NCBI RefSeq assembly: GCF_024521635.1
Contig: NW_026250420.1
Coordinates: forward strand, 310,001 to 374,000
Direction of reading: 5' to 3'
Source: Tricharina praecox
Lineage: Eukaryota
Length of the DNA stretch: 64,000 bases
Position 1 is the first letter of the stretch, and each line of letters opens with the position of its first letter. The notes beneath the pieces are model-generated. The model saw nothing but the letters and a program-made list of their open reading frames with translations, did no database searches and was not told the origin of the DNA. Shown here piece by piece: positions 54,000 to 64,000 of this stretch. The translations under genes and the position numbers were made by a program.

Positions 54000-55129
54000 T
54001 TCCGAGTGCTTTAGTTTTCAACTTTTCATTCTCGGTTTCATTGCGGTCTTTTCCTTCCCGTAGAAGTGGAGCGGGCGCGGTTGTGTCCTGCTTTTCTAGC
54101 GGGCCATGTTTTGGGTTGGGCTCCCTCTTGCACAATAATTTCATTTGAATTTAGTATAATGCCTTGCGCCGTAGTAGATGAACGGAATTATGTATCATTA
54201 GAGCTCATCCAATGCGTGACGCTGTAGGCTTTAGCCTATGCCTCCAACCGCTGCAATTGTGACTTGACCTATTGTCACTGCCCCGCACTCGCCCCTTATC
54301 GTTCACGTAACCTTCGTACATACGGCAACGACGACTATTCCTTCGCACGATAGGATGGATGTACAGTAGCAGAAGAACAGTGGCTGTCGCCCTCCGCTTC
54401 ATGTCAAACAATGGACTCGTTCACTCCGTCATATCTCAGGCACACACGACAGCATTGCGCTCGACTCTGATGATGGCATTGACCGAACGAATGGAAACTA
54501 GTAGAGATCACAACTGTAATACACGTAGGTTAGGTACTACGCTAACCGACAACAGAGGTAGCAGAGTTGAAGCACAACAAATGTGGATGGGATGTCTAGC
54601 AAGACCAATGCCTGCCAAGTTGCCATTCACTTCTCGCCCTTTCGTCTCTACGGTATCCTCGGCCAGACTTTTCCATCATCTTTTCGAAGTAGCTACCCTC
54701 GAAGTATATAGCTATCGATAAACGAACGAGCAGGTAGATATGATATCTGCAATCACTGGCACCGTGCTCACTCTGTGCTCACTCGGTGTCGCTCAGATTC
54801 TAGGATCGACGTGAGGTGTGAGATGGCAGGATTCCGACTCGGCATGATCACGGTGCATGGTAATTGACCACTGCGACTACCTACGTCTGTGGATCTATAG
54901 AGCTAATCCAAGTGCAAGACTGAGTTCCGTGCGTCTAGTATGTATTGTACATATGCGGTGCCTCGGCGGAAGAGACAATGTGCGCCCACTCCTGAGTCTC
55001 AACGAACGTTTACGAGTGCCTGAGGTGTCCTCCGGTGCCCAAGGTATCCTCCGGACTGCGGAGCTATCGGACGTCTAGATTTGACAGCTCTTCCCTGGCA
55101 AAGTCTACAATCACGGCGAGTTCCTGGTT

Positions 55130-55415
55130 ACGTGGTTAGGAACGGATAATCCTGTAGTACTCCGGACAGGAGCAGGGGCTGGCCACGCGATCTCACGCGG
55201 CACGCGGCGAGTGATAAAATAATAACCCGTTCCGAACCGTGGTTTAAATCGCGGCCCCCAAAAACAAAACAAAAACCTTCACCACCCCCGGTGGGGTGGC
55301 TTGGAAACCCCGATAGATGGAACACTGTCCATGCTAACTCCGCCGGGTGCGTGACCACTAGGCCACGCGGGTTTTTTCCGTACAGGAAGACTGTTGATTC
55401 CGTTAATAACCACGT
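55130..55415. mobile_element. Candidate MITE, 286 bp
   Basis: Imperfect 17-bp inverted termini ACGTGGTTAGGAACGGA and TCCGTTAATAACCACGT (2 mismatches), plus inner CCTGTA/TACAGG. No clean TSD. Confidence 0.4.
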
Positions 55416-55663
55416 CGCGCCAACATGAGCAACAGGCTTATCGACCACGCCAGGTGTGTCCACCCCCACTGCCCAAGTTCGGCCCGATGTGAGTTACCTA
55501 CGGCCAGAATACACCGCCATTGTCTCGACTCTCACTTCTGGACACAGGGGGCGAGTGCTGATATGTGAACTGCTTGAGAATACGATCTTCTACCATATAC
55601 TCGAACCAAACACTTGATGTGTATCCTTCTCCATATCTACTGCTCAACTAACGCGTAGGCCCG

Positions 55664-55666
<3 letters not shown>

Positions 55667-55704
<38 letters not shown>

Positions 55705-55751
55705 CAATTTATTGTCGCATGCGGTCTTTAATAGACTATGGCAACCACCAA
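55667..55751 (-). mobile_element. Second truncated copy of the same retroposon 3' end with degenerate 14-bp TSD
   Basis: (GA)n followed by CATCAATTTATTGTCGCATGC...AGACTATGGC, shared with 47477-47561. Flanks are GCGTAGGCCCGCAA (55653-55666) and GCGTAGACCCACAA (55752-55765). Confidence 0.82.
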
Positions 55752-56012
55752 GCGTAGACCCACAATACATATAAGAAATATTCCGGATCATAGTTATTCG
55801 AGTGACATGTCATGACCACGCACGTGCAAGCCAAGCCAAACTTGCCCCGCTACTTGGTTAGTTATCGCGAGCCCGGGGGGTGTGGCGAGGCGGCGGGAGG
55901 GGCATATGACGCTATAGGTATCACGAACATCAGAGTCGCGCCTCACCCACACCGCCGCCGCCACCGATCCCGATCCCGAAGGCACCTTTTGCCAGCCCGC
56001 GCCGCACACGAC

Positions 56013-58362
56013 ATGCACGAGATAGTCACGCTCCAGCTGGGTCACCAGGCCAACTACGTCGGGACGCACTTCTGGAACACGCAGGTATGCGGCGCACACG
56101 AGCACACATCTTTGGCATGTTGTGCTGGGGCACGGGGTAGCTGACGGCGCGTTAGGAATCGTATTTCACCTACGGCGACGATGAGGGGCCGAGCCCCATC
56201 AACCACGATGTGCACTTCCGCTCCGGCCTCGGCGCCGACGGCACAGAGACGTTTATGCCGCGCGCACTGATCTACGACTTGAAGGGTTGAGCCACCAACC
56301 GTGATCGAGTGGGTAGGTGCGGGTAAGGAAGAGCTGGGCTGATGTGTGGTGACTGCTACGCCATGGGGAATAGGCGGCTTCGGTACCTTGAGGAAGATCA
56401 ATGCTCTCTACGAGGTTGGGGAGGCGGCCGGTAATCCACCGAAGGGGTCTTGGTACGGTGCTCTTCTGCTCCACTGGATATCACTCTGCTTTTTGACGTG
56501 ATGACGGTTTGTCTGATTTTCCGGGTGCTTGCTGGCGTGAAGGGATCATGAGACCACTACACAACGGCAGGAGCAGATCGAGGCTATCCAGTACCAGAAG
56601 GATCTCGAAGCAGTAAGGATGCCTGTCCTGTCCTGTCTGTAGTCGTCTTAATACCAAGCTTATCGGCAATCTGTGTTCTGCATAGGGAGTTTTCCCGCCT
56701 GCCGCGCTGACCACAGATGCGGTGCGATACTGGAGCGATTACAATCGAGTGTACTACCACCCCAGATCATCGGTCCAGATCAATGAGTACGAACTGAACT
56801 CGGGGATCCAACCGTTCGAAGGATACGGACTGGGGCAAGAGCTGTTCAAAGACTTGAACCGTGAACATGATATCATTGACCGTGACTTCCGGCTGTTCGC
56901 GGAAGAGTGCGATCAGATGCAAGGGATACAGCTCTTGACCTCTACAGATGATGCCTGGGCCGGCTTCGCTGGAGAATATCTCGCCGAGCTCCGAGATGAG
57001 TACGGCAAGGTCGGCATTTGCACATGGGGACTGGAGAGAACGGACCGGGTTGTCAGAGTGAGTCCTAGTGGTGCTGTGCATATCTTCTGGCCAGCCAGCC
57101 TCCTTCTTTTTTTTTCTTTGCCTTCTTCGTCTTCGCCCTTCACTCTGCTATTGCAGTCGAAGTATAGGGGAGCAAATCAAGCTCCCGACTTCCGGGACAT
57201 CCGGTGGGATAACTGCCAGTTTATATTACCTCTCGCCACACTGCATAGTGGCTATTTTTGTTATATTATCGCACACAGTTGAGCTCGTCAGTCATAGTGA
57301 TAGCAGAACTGACGTGGATACTGGGGGTGTGATCGACACAGGACAAACAAGTCACCCGAACGATTGCGCTCGCGATGGCCTTGTCGAACATTGCGTCGCT
57401 TTCATCCGTATACATCCCGTTATTGAACCCACCTCTGCCCAGTGCGCTTCCAGGCTATCTGAGTGTCGATCGGACTTCGGAATGGCATACGAGCGCTCTG
57501 CTCTCTGCCGCGATGGAGACTAGCACGCTTCCCACACGGCTGCACGACGGTGCTGGCAGGCTAGGGAGAATGGACGACTTGGCGTCTTTCCTGAACGTCA
57601 ATGGAGGCCAGAAGATTGCGATGCTGTCCATGTTCGTTAGCGGGCCCGAAGAATCCCCCAACGCCAACGATGGCTCGTATGACGATGGGCGTGTCCCGCA
57701 CCCTCCGAGATTGGAAATGATCAAAAAGGCTGGCAGAATCAATTGCTCGTGGGGACAGCAGGAGACTAAATCGTGGAGAACTGTAAAGGAGGACCATGTC
57801 TTTGCCGAAGCGAATGTTGCTAGAGGCTTCGATGATGACGATCCGGAAGAACCGGTGCAACCGGAGCGCACCGGAGATCGACACGAACCTATTATTAGCA
57901 GGTGGGGGCACCCCGGCAAGATCACGTTGTCGGCACACCCACAAACTCGCACCGAGAGTGGGAGGCTGGGTTGAGGCTGCGGGATTTTTGTCCTACCGCC
58001 TCACTCACCACTGCCGACGTCGCTCGCTATCCCCACTTTTTTCTTCGTGGCTCGGTTGCAGTGCTAATTCGTATTATCTGTGGCACAGCATCACCAGCCC
58101 GCTGGCCTTCCCACTGGTCGACAGCTTCCCGTCGATCTTCCCTGTCGCACCAGCCACAACAGCGCACGGCAATACACACGCAGCGATCCACACACGCCTA
58201 GCCTCGAGCTCCGCCGTGATTGCAAGAGTCAAGGGTGTCAGGGAGGTCGTGGGATTCCGTGTCGGCGTCGAAGAGAGGGAGGTGCTCATGAACGATCTGG
58301 ACGAGATTGTGGACGGATTCGCCCACGGTTGGATGAGTGATGATGATGATGATGAGGATTGA
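56013..58362 (+). CDS. DML1: Dml1/Misato tubulin-like protein (exons 56013-56084, 56156-56285, 56374-56452, 56543-56612, 56686-57057, 57342-57901, 58089-58362)
   Basis: [82 protein letters not shown] and an acidic tail. Confidence 0.95.
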
Positions 58363-61300
58363 TCTGTATGTACATAATGTAACTTACATAACGGTCCGCT
58401 AACGAATTAAACCGTTTGTCGGGCATCTACTTGCATGACGAGCCCCGTGCTTCACTTTTCTTTACAATCCGGGGCCCTGCACCGACGAAAGGACGACCGA
58501 TGGCCTTAGGCGTAATATGCGTGGCGGCGTCTGTATAGAGTTACCTACTGCGTCTGAGGCGTGTACTCCACATATCTTACTTGTGCGTACCTGACGCTGC
58601 CGTGCTTAGCGGGCCTTCCGTATCCATTCCATCGTGGCGTTTTAAGCTATTTACCCAGCCCGCCGCCTAGCTCCAGTGCTCCACCGCCTAGAGTAGCTTC
58701 TACCATCACCGCCAAACAACTTCGAGACCTTCTCTCTACCCCACCTTCCCATCTCTCCGCCACACAGTCCACCATAGCCCCAAGATCTCCCGATGCATTG
58801 GGGAGGTCGGAATCGACAGGACCGGCCGACACGTCCCTGATGGGAGCTGGCGGAAGCTGTGATTGCTACACGCTGTCTCCCGCTGTCTCCCGCTGTCTCC
58901 CACCAGGACTGTCTGGCGGCAGTGACTGCAACGCTGCTGCTCGGGAAGGGATGGTTTATTGCCACCATGTGTCAGGCATTGAAAAGCGGCATTTTCTCCT
59001 CGGATCCTTACTCCCACTACATGGCGTCGACGGCCTGGAGTCTATTCCTGCATCATAGACCCTTGACTTTGAATTCGACTGCGCGGGCACTGGGAATCGC
59101 TGAATCCCGACATCCTACTGCCTACGTATAGATCCCCGGAAAGCCTCGGACCCCTCCAGTCAGGCCCCGACCTCGCAAGCTTTGTCTCCGAGTCCGTCCC
59201 GGAGCGGGCCGTATCCAATTCACTCTTTACGCGGCTGGCGGGGGTAACTGCATTGGGTCGTCGTCCAAAGCTCAATCCGGAGCTGATGGTATTCGTTTCA
59301 TGCTTGAGAGCTTTGGTTGGAACTCAATCCAACCCGCCCGTCAATGAGTGTTTGATTGAAGAGCTTGCGTTTCTAGTGGACGGATTCGAATTTCGAATTT
59401 CGGGCTGAGGATTGGGGATTGGTCGGTGGTTTTGCTTTCTCCGTTTCGGTGGTTTTGCTGGTTTTCAATTAGGTATGATACCTAAATAACCGGACAATGG
59501 AATTGTACACCGCAGTGTGTATCATTACATACAGGAACCGAAATGGGGCTCTCAGCCACGGTCACGGTCAATTCCCCGAGATGTGATACCTATACATACC
59601 GGTAGGCATGTGCTCGTGCAAAGACATACCGTACTATGTACTGAAAACCCCTTGTGACCTTGTCCGTGCGGTCCCCGCAAATACATACATCGCGAACATC
59701 AATTCCGCCGCATGAGACTCACTGCCTCATAGTGCTGCAGGATCGAAGCGGGGACGAAAGCTTGTACGGGAGAGCCATGTACCTACGGCTAAGGGCCGGT
59801 AAACCGGGCCACATTTACATATACCTCTGGCGGGGCCACACCACACGCTCGCCAACACACACACCGAGTGCGGCGTCATAGGATCATAGGGAGCATGATA
59901 GGTACCGTAACGGCTTAACCAACCATCCATCTGCCATCTACCATCCATGACATCCGGATGCAGGGTTGGGATATACCTAGTTAAATATGGTGTCTTTTCG
60001 GTGCTCCGATATGGTATGAGCTCCTCCACAGCGTGTCGGGAGAGCATGGTACCTACCTACCTACCTATTTACCTCCCCATGTATGTATCTAGGTACCTAG
60101 ATATGCGTCGGGTATCCATGATATGCCCACCGGTGGGTACATAGGTAGGTATGTACTATGATAGCGTTATCGACGTTGGCAGAATGTCCACAACAAGAAG
60201 CCGAAGCTTCAAGCGGGAAGTCATGGGCCATGCTGCCATGGTGACATGGTGACATGGAACAACTTTCCGGATTGCCCTTGTCCTTGCCCTTGTCCAACGC
60301 TTTGCCAATGTCCATGGCTGCCGGGGTTGGGGGATTCAGATAACAGCACCGGAGAGCGATAGATATGTAGACAGATAGATATCCCCAGTGGCAGCATGCC
60401 GTGCTGCAAATTGGGCTTGCTCGCCTTTGGCCTACCCAGGTACACATGTGGGGCGGCCGGTTCGTGGGGCACTAGGTACTAGATCTAATGCTCTTGTCGG
60501 TGTGATTATGTTATCGGGAGTAAAATACGGTAGGGAGTAGGTACTTCTCAGGTATGTACGGTATGTACGGTATGTACCTACCTCTTGCTTATCCACAGAG
60601 AGCATGTGAAAGTGAAGCTTTTTTTCTTTCTCTTTTTCTCCGGATTCCCCTGCGTATGTAAAGGATGCAAGAATCATGTAGATGGCTTCGCTCGATGAAA
60701 CGGTCGTGTGCATATTTTTCTCTTCTCTTCCTTTTTTTCCTTTTGTTCGTCCTCTGTGGCGGCGAGAAAAGCGGCTCCCCCTTTTTACCGCTTTTCCCGT
60801 GGGCGATGAGCATGATGATGATGACGGTGCCTGTTACTCTACTCTGGTTACTGCCGATGAATTGTTAGTTAGTCAAGTACTTTGTTACCGCAGTTTTGCG
60901 GTTCGGGTGCAGCCTCGCCTGCAGTGGGATATCAGCACTAACCCACTTGTGAGCCGCTCTCCCCTCTCGACACTGTACTGTGCGGGGGGGAGGGTGGTCT
61001 TTTCCTCTCTGGCAATCGTGACGAGAGCCGTCACTGGTGCGTAAAAACGGTTGCGGATATCTACTATTGTCCGTATCCGTGTCCCTCTCTCTCCTTTTTC
61101 CGTCCGCAACTCCCGGAAAAGGGATGGCTGGCCGGCTGTCTGGCTGTCTGGCTGGGTGGCCGATTGCGGAGAATTCTCCTGCGAGGATGGACTTTCGTTG
61201 CTCTTCTTTTCTTCTTTTCTTTGCGACACTGACACTACGATTGTCTCTCGCATGCTGCCTGCTCTATTCAGGTACCAGTACCTATAGTACAGCCTCGTGC

Positions 61301-62345
61301 CGTAGTTAGTCAGGTACATAAGTAAGAAGTACCTATTTGCGGTGCGGCTGAAGTCGAAGGGATGTATTTGGTTCCTGACAGGATGTAACTATTTGGTTCC
61401 TGACTCGATGTATCTGGTTCCTGACGTGAAGGTACATCTTTAGGTAAGTACTGTACATAGCTATTCCAGAATCCGCCACTCCACTCAGGCCTCCCAGATA
61501 CGGTATGTAGTAGGGCTGAGCGCTCTCGCACCCGGCAACACCAGCCCGATTGCTACTGCCATTCCGGGCATCTATGTACCCAAGTGGGGAGTCAATTAGT
61601 AATAAGTATGAAAGTAGTTACTTGGGTAGATACCTCACTCCGAGTGGAGTGTTGCTTGGTGGAGTGGGGTGGCTCGTGCTCGCGTGTAGTTAGAGGTACC
61701 GGATTCACTCGGATACCTAGCGGCGATTCGAGAGCCTTTCCTCGCTTTGGGGCTCAACCAACGGAATGGGCCGATGCCGGGGGACCGTTCGTTACTGGCC
61801 GGCTCCTTGTCCGTTTGTTGCTTCCTTCTGGAACTCATGCTGTTGGTATGTTCGTGGACATCAACCGCGCGCTGGTGCTGGATGCATATTGTATGCGCCG
61901 CAACAACAACAATAACAACAACGACGTCAGCAACAACGGATGACAATGGGTACATACCGGGGATGGCGTCGGTACATGGCGGAGTGGTCATCGATACATA
62001 TTCTACTCTGCAGCGCCAAAGTGCCCAGCGCAGTCCGCAGTGTCCACACCACAAAAGTTAGGTACGCATGAAACATGCAGATTGGGCTAAGCTATCTGGG
62101 AACGGGAGACGCGGGAACGAGGAGGAAGAGCCAGAAGGAAGCTGTCGGCAAGGCGTGGATGCTGCTGATCCCCCTGCGCCCCTCCATCCATCCCACCACG
62201 ATGCTTAGTCGAGGATGATCGGTCACCCACCCCAAATCGGGCAACAGTGTTTTGCTGGGGCCCACATCTAAGCATGTTTTGTGGTGCTATCCGAGGAGAG
62301 AAAAAACCTGAGCGAGCATGCTGAGCACATACGGGTGCGAAGGGG

Positions 62346-62593
62346 GATATAAACTCGGCTGCCCATCCCACTCTTCCTCTTCTTCTGTTACTCTGCACCA
62401 ATCCTACCTTCATTCGCTTCAAGGGGATTCCGTCTTTCACAACAACCTTCGTTGAATAATATATCCTGATACCACTCACCTGCAATCATTCGCTTGGCTG
62501 GTGCTGTTGGACATATCTACATACTATTTCTCGGTAGGTCTTCATCTTCTCTCCAGCTGTGGCGTGATGGATCCGTGGCTAACATCTCCTCAG
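62346..62593 (+). promoter_or_regulatory. TATA-like box (GATATAAA, 62346-62353) and probable 5'-UTR intron (62534-62593) of the secreted repeat protein gene
   Basis: TATAAA followed by a CT-rich tract; GTAGGT...GCTAAC...CAG ending 46 nt before the ATG. Confidence 0.55.
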
Positions 62594-62638
62594 GATATAT
62601 AACATAAAAAGGAAAATATCAGACCCTTCATAGCAAAC

Positions 62639-64000
62639 ATGAAGAACTCATTCGCTGCCATCCTGTCCCTCGCCCTGGCGAGCGTGGCTGTCGCTGAGGC
62701 CGGTGACTACGGTAACTACGACTACACCCCCGAGGCTCCGGTTTACACAACCGAGAAGCCGTCGTACAACACTCCGGTGTACACGCCTGAGGAGCCCGAG
62801 TACACCAAGCCTGCGTACACCAAGCCAGCATACACTAGCCCGGCCTACACTCCCGAGGAGCCCGAGTACACCAAGCCGGCGTACACTCCTGAAGAGCCCG
62901 AGTACACCAAGCCTGCGTACACCAAGCCGGCATACACCAGCCCGGCCTACACTCCCGAGGAGCCCGAGTACACCAAGCCGGCGTACACTCCTGAGGAGCC
63001 CGAGTACACCAAGCCGTCTTATACCAAGCCGGCGTACTCCATCCCGGCGTACACGCCCGAGGAGCCCGAGTACACCAAGCCGTCTTACACCAAGCCGGCC
63101 TACACTACCCCGGCCTACACTCCTGAGGAGCCCGAGTACACCAAGCCGTCTTACACCAAGCCGGCGTACTCCATTCCGGCGTACACCCCCGAGGAGCCCG
63201 AGTACACCAAGCCATCGTACACAAAGCCGTCGTACACCACCCCGGCTTACACTCCCGAGGAGCCCGAGTACACCAAGCCTGCGTACACTCCCGAAGAGCC
63301 CGAGTACACCAAGCCGTCGTACACCAAGCCCTCGCACACCAAGCCGGCGTACACCACCCCGGCTTACACCCCCGAGGAGCCAGAGTACACCAAACCTTCG
63401 CACACCAAGCCGGCTTACACCACCCCGGCCTACACTCCCGAGGAGCCCGAGTACACCAAGCCGTCATACACCCCCGAGGAGCCCGAGTACACCAAGCCGT
63501 CTCACACCAAGCCGGCGTACACCACGCCGGTGTACACCACCGAGACTCCCGTGTACCCCACTTACACCACCACCTACGAGACCTGTATCACGTTCCCGAC
63601 CACCTACAGCTCGGACAGCACCACCTACACCACCTACACCAGCACCACCGCGACCATTACTACCACCACTTGCGAGACCACCGAGTACCCCACCGAGTAC
63701 CCGACCACCGAGTACCCTACTCCCACTGAGTACCCGACCACCGAGTACCCTAGCGAGTACCCCGAGGAAGAGACCACGTCTTGCACTACCACCGAGACGA
63801 CTGAGTACCCCACCACTACTCCTGAGTACCCGGAGGAGACTACGTCTTGCACCACCACCGAGACCACGGAAACCACCGAGTACCCTACTACTACTCCCGA
63901 GTACCCCGAGGAGACCACGTCTTGCACGACCACTGAGACCACCGAGACTACCGAGTACCCCACCACTACTCCCTACTACCCGGAGGAGACTACGTCTTGC
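62639..64000 (+). CDS. Secreted Tyr/Thr/Pro/Glu-rich tandem-repeat protein, probably a cell-wall or surface protein (partial; runs off window)
   Basis: Signal peptide MKNSFAAILSLALASVAVA, then YTPEEPE / YTKPA / YTKPS / YTTPA repeats, then EYPTT and EETTSCTTTETTEYPTTTPEYP repeats. The frame is open to the window end and variation between repeats is largely synonymous. Absent from the ORF track because it has no stop in the window. Confidence 0.9.
   Translation, partial: MKNSFAAILSLALASVAVAEAGDYGNYDYTPEAPVYTTEKPSYNTPVYTPEEPEYTKPAYTKPAYTSPAYTPEEPEYTKPAYTPEEPEYTKPAYTKPAYTSPAYTPEEPEYTKPAYTPEEPEYTKPSYTKPAYSIPAYTPEEPEYTKPSYTKPAYTTPAYTPEEPEYTKPSYTKPAYSIPAYTPEEPEYTKPSYTKPSYTTPAYTPEEPEYTKPAYTPEEPEYTKPSYTKPSHTKPAYTTPAYTPEEPEYTKPSHTKPAYTTPAYTPEEPEYTKPSYTPEEPEYTKPSHTKPAYTTPVYTTETPVYPTYTTTYETCITFPTTYSSDSTTYTTYTSTTATITTTTCETTEYPTEYPTTEYPTPTEYPTTEYPSEYPEEETTSCTTTETTEYPTTTPEYPEETTSCTTTETTETTEYPTTTPEYPEETTSCTTTETTETTEYPTTTPYYPEETTSC

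Noticed and set aside
58561..59058. 165-aa ORF downstream of DML1
   Set aside because: Non-ATG start, Ser/Pro low complexity and an internal 10-bp tandem repeat; no domain evidence.
62648..63966. Minus-strand repetitive ORFs (GVRRL / VVGYS repeats)
   Set aside because: Antisense shadows of the plus-strand secreted repeat protein, which has the signal peptide, TATA box and synonymous variation.

Overview
Intron-containing, GC-rich fungal genomic DNA with GT-AG introns and CT(A/G)AC branch points. It is probably from a filamentous ascomycete (Pezizomycotina, possibly Pezizomycetes; this is inference). I hand-spliced eleven protein-coding genes: POP8, HMT1/RMT1 (PRMT1), an EXPERA/TMEM97-like membrane protein, an F-box/LRR protein, an atypical protein kinase, mitochondrial Lon protease PIM1, a C2H2 plus fungal-TF-domain regulator, succinate-semialdehyde dehydrogenase, a UBX/UAS protein, DML1/Misato, and a secreted Tyr-periodic repeat protein that runs off the window end. 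There is also a tentative twelfth, a SAM-like mini-gene. Features not in the ORF track: a box C/D snoRNA with the snR38 guide inside the longest HMT1 intron; two back-to-back PIF/Harbinger non-autonomous elements (one with a transposase N-terminal remnant); two ~85-bp truncated retroposon insertions with (TC)n tails and target-site duplications; a decayed LINE 3' end; a candidate MITE; and several mini- and microsatellites. Most short ORFs in the track are spurious products of low-complexity intergenic DNA. I found no clearly new multi-gene system. The best leads are the snoRNA/HMT1/POP8 arrangement, the mobile-element set and the Tyr-periodic secreted protein.
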